From positions 1-24,633 of IMG/VR virus record IMGVR_UViG_3300046467_001725: 24,633 nucleotides of DNA. One strand, 5' to 3'. Made by a program: the position numbers and the translations under genes. This document shows, piece by piece, positions 24,191 to 24,633 of this stretch. This stretch comes from a virus (Duplodnaviria; Caudoviricetes). Below the pieces are notes generated by a model. That model was given only the letters and a program-made list of their open reading frames with translations, was not told the origin of the DNA and made no database searches. The first letter of the stretch is position 1; the number at the start of each line of letters is the position of its first letter.

Positions 24191-24633
24191 TTAAATTGGT
24201 TGTATTTTTTTCGATTCTTGTACTACTTGTTTTGATGATGGATAGATTCTCGCAATAATACCGTTTATCCATGATTGCATTCGGACTTCGAGTAGCCATC
24301 CCAAGAGCAGTGCGCTAGGTAGAGCTAAAAGAAAAGAGATGAATGGCGAACTATTGCCGATCATTTTCTGTGCGATGTTAAGCAATGGTTGGTGTGTGAG
24401 ATATATCGCGTAAGATATGGGGGCCAATATAATAAAGGGGCGCATAAGCCAACTGGGAATCTGTAGCTTTCTCTGTGAAATGGTTATCCCGAGGACTACG
24501 AATATTAGAGCTGCTAAATGATGGCGGAACTGCAAAATCGGATCTGTACCTAATTGCATTTCAATGTGTTTAGCTAGCTGTATCACTACCGGCAAGGACC
24601 AGAGCCCAGTCATTAGCGCAAGTCCTAATAGCA
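24191..24633 (-). CDS. Acyltransferase-3 (OafA/Oac-like) membrane protein, 3' part; moron
   Basis: Frame open to the window edge; ISYAIYLTHQP and LGWLLE motifs, several TM helices; AT-rich and opposite to the tail genes. Confidence 0.75.
   Translation of the reverse strand, partial: LLGLALMTGLWSLPVVIQLAKHIEMQLGTDPILQFRHHLAALIFVVLGITISQRKLQIPSWLMRPFIILAPISYAIYLTHQPLLNIAQKMIGNSSPFISFLLALPSALLLGWLLEVRMQSWINGIIARIYPSSKQVVQESKKIQPI

Larger units (their letters stand above)
294..24633. mobile_element. Temperate siphovirus-like prophage (continues beyond the right edge; left att not located)
   Basis: Contiguous int-xis-early-cI/cro-cII-replication-holin-terminase-portal-capsid-tail gene order. Confidence 0.97.

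Overview
This window is the left ~24 kb of a temperate prophage. Gene content and codon style suggest a Pseudomonas host (inference). From left to right it holds: the 3' end of a YfbU-family gene; integrase and xis; a leftward early operon (large repeat-containing C5 DNA methyltransferase, HD phosphohydrolase, PrtN-like protein, KilAC antirepressor, small hypotheticals); a cI/cro switch with visible operators; cII; a TraR/DksA zinc finger; a Toprim-VapE primase/helicase; a PA0613-like putative late regulator; an iteron-like ori; a holin; a lambda-like cos/terminase/portal/S49 protease-scaffold module joined to a Mu gpT-like capsid; head-tail and tail genes with a -1 frameshift chaperone; and the 3' end of an AT-rich, oppositely oriented acyltransferase moron. 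The most striking unexplained signal is the heptamer CACCACA. It recurs in intergenic leaders, always on the sense strand and mostly as a hairpin loop. It occurs at lambda nutL- and nutR-equivalent positions, in mid-operon and in the late leader. In the 300-nt cro-cII leader it alternates with RsmA-type GGA hairpins. All family assignments were made by eye from motifs; no database search was run.
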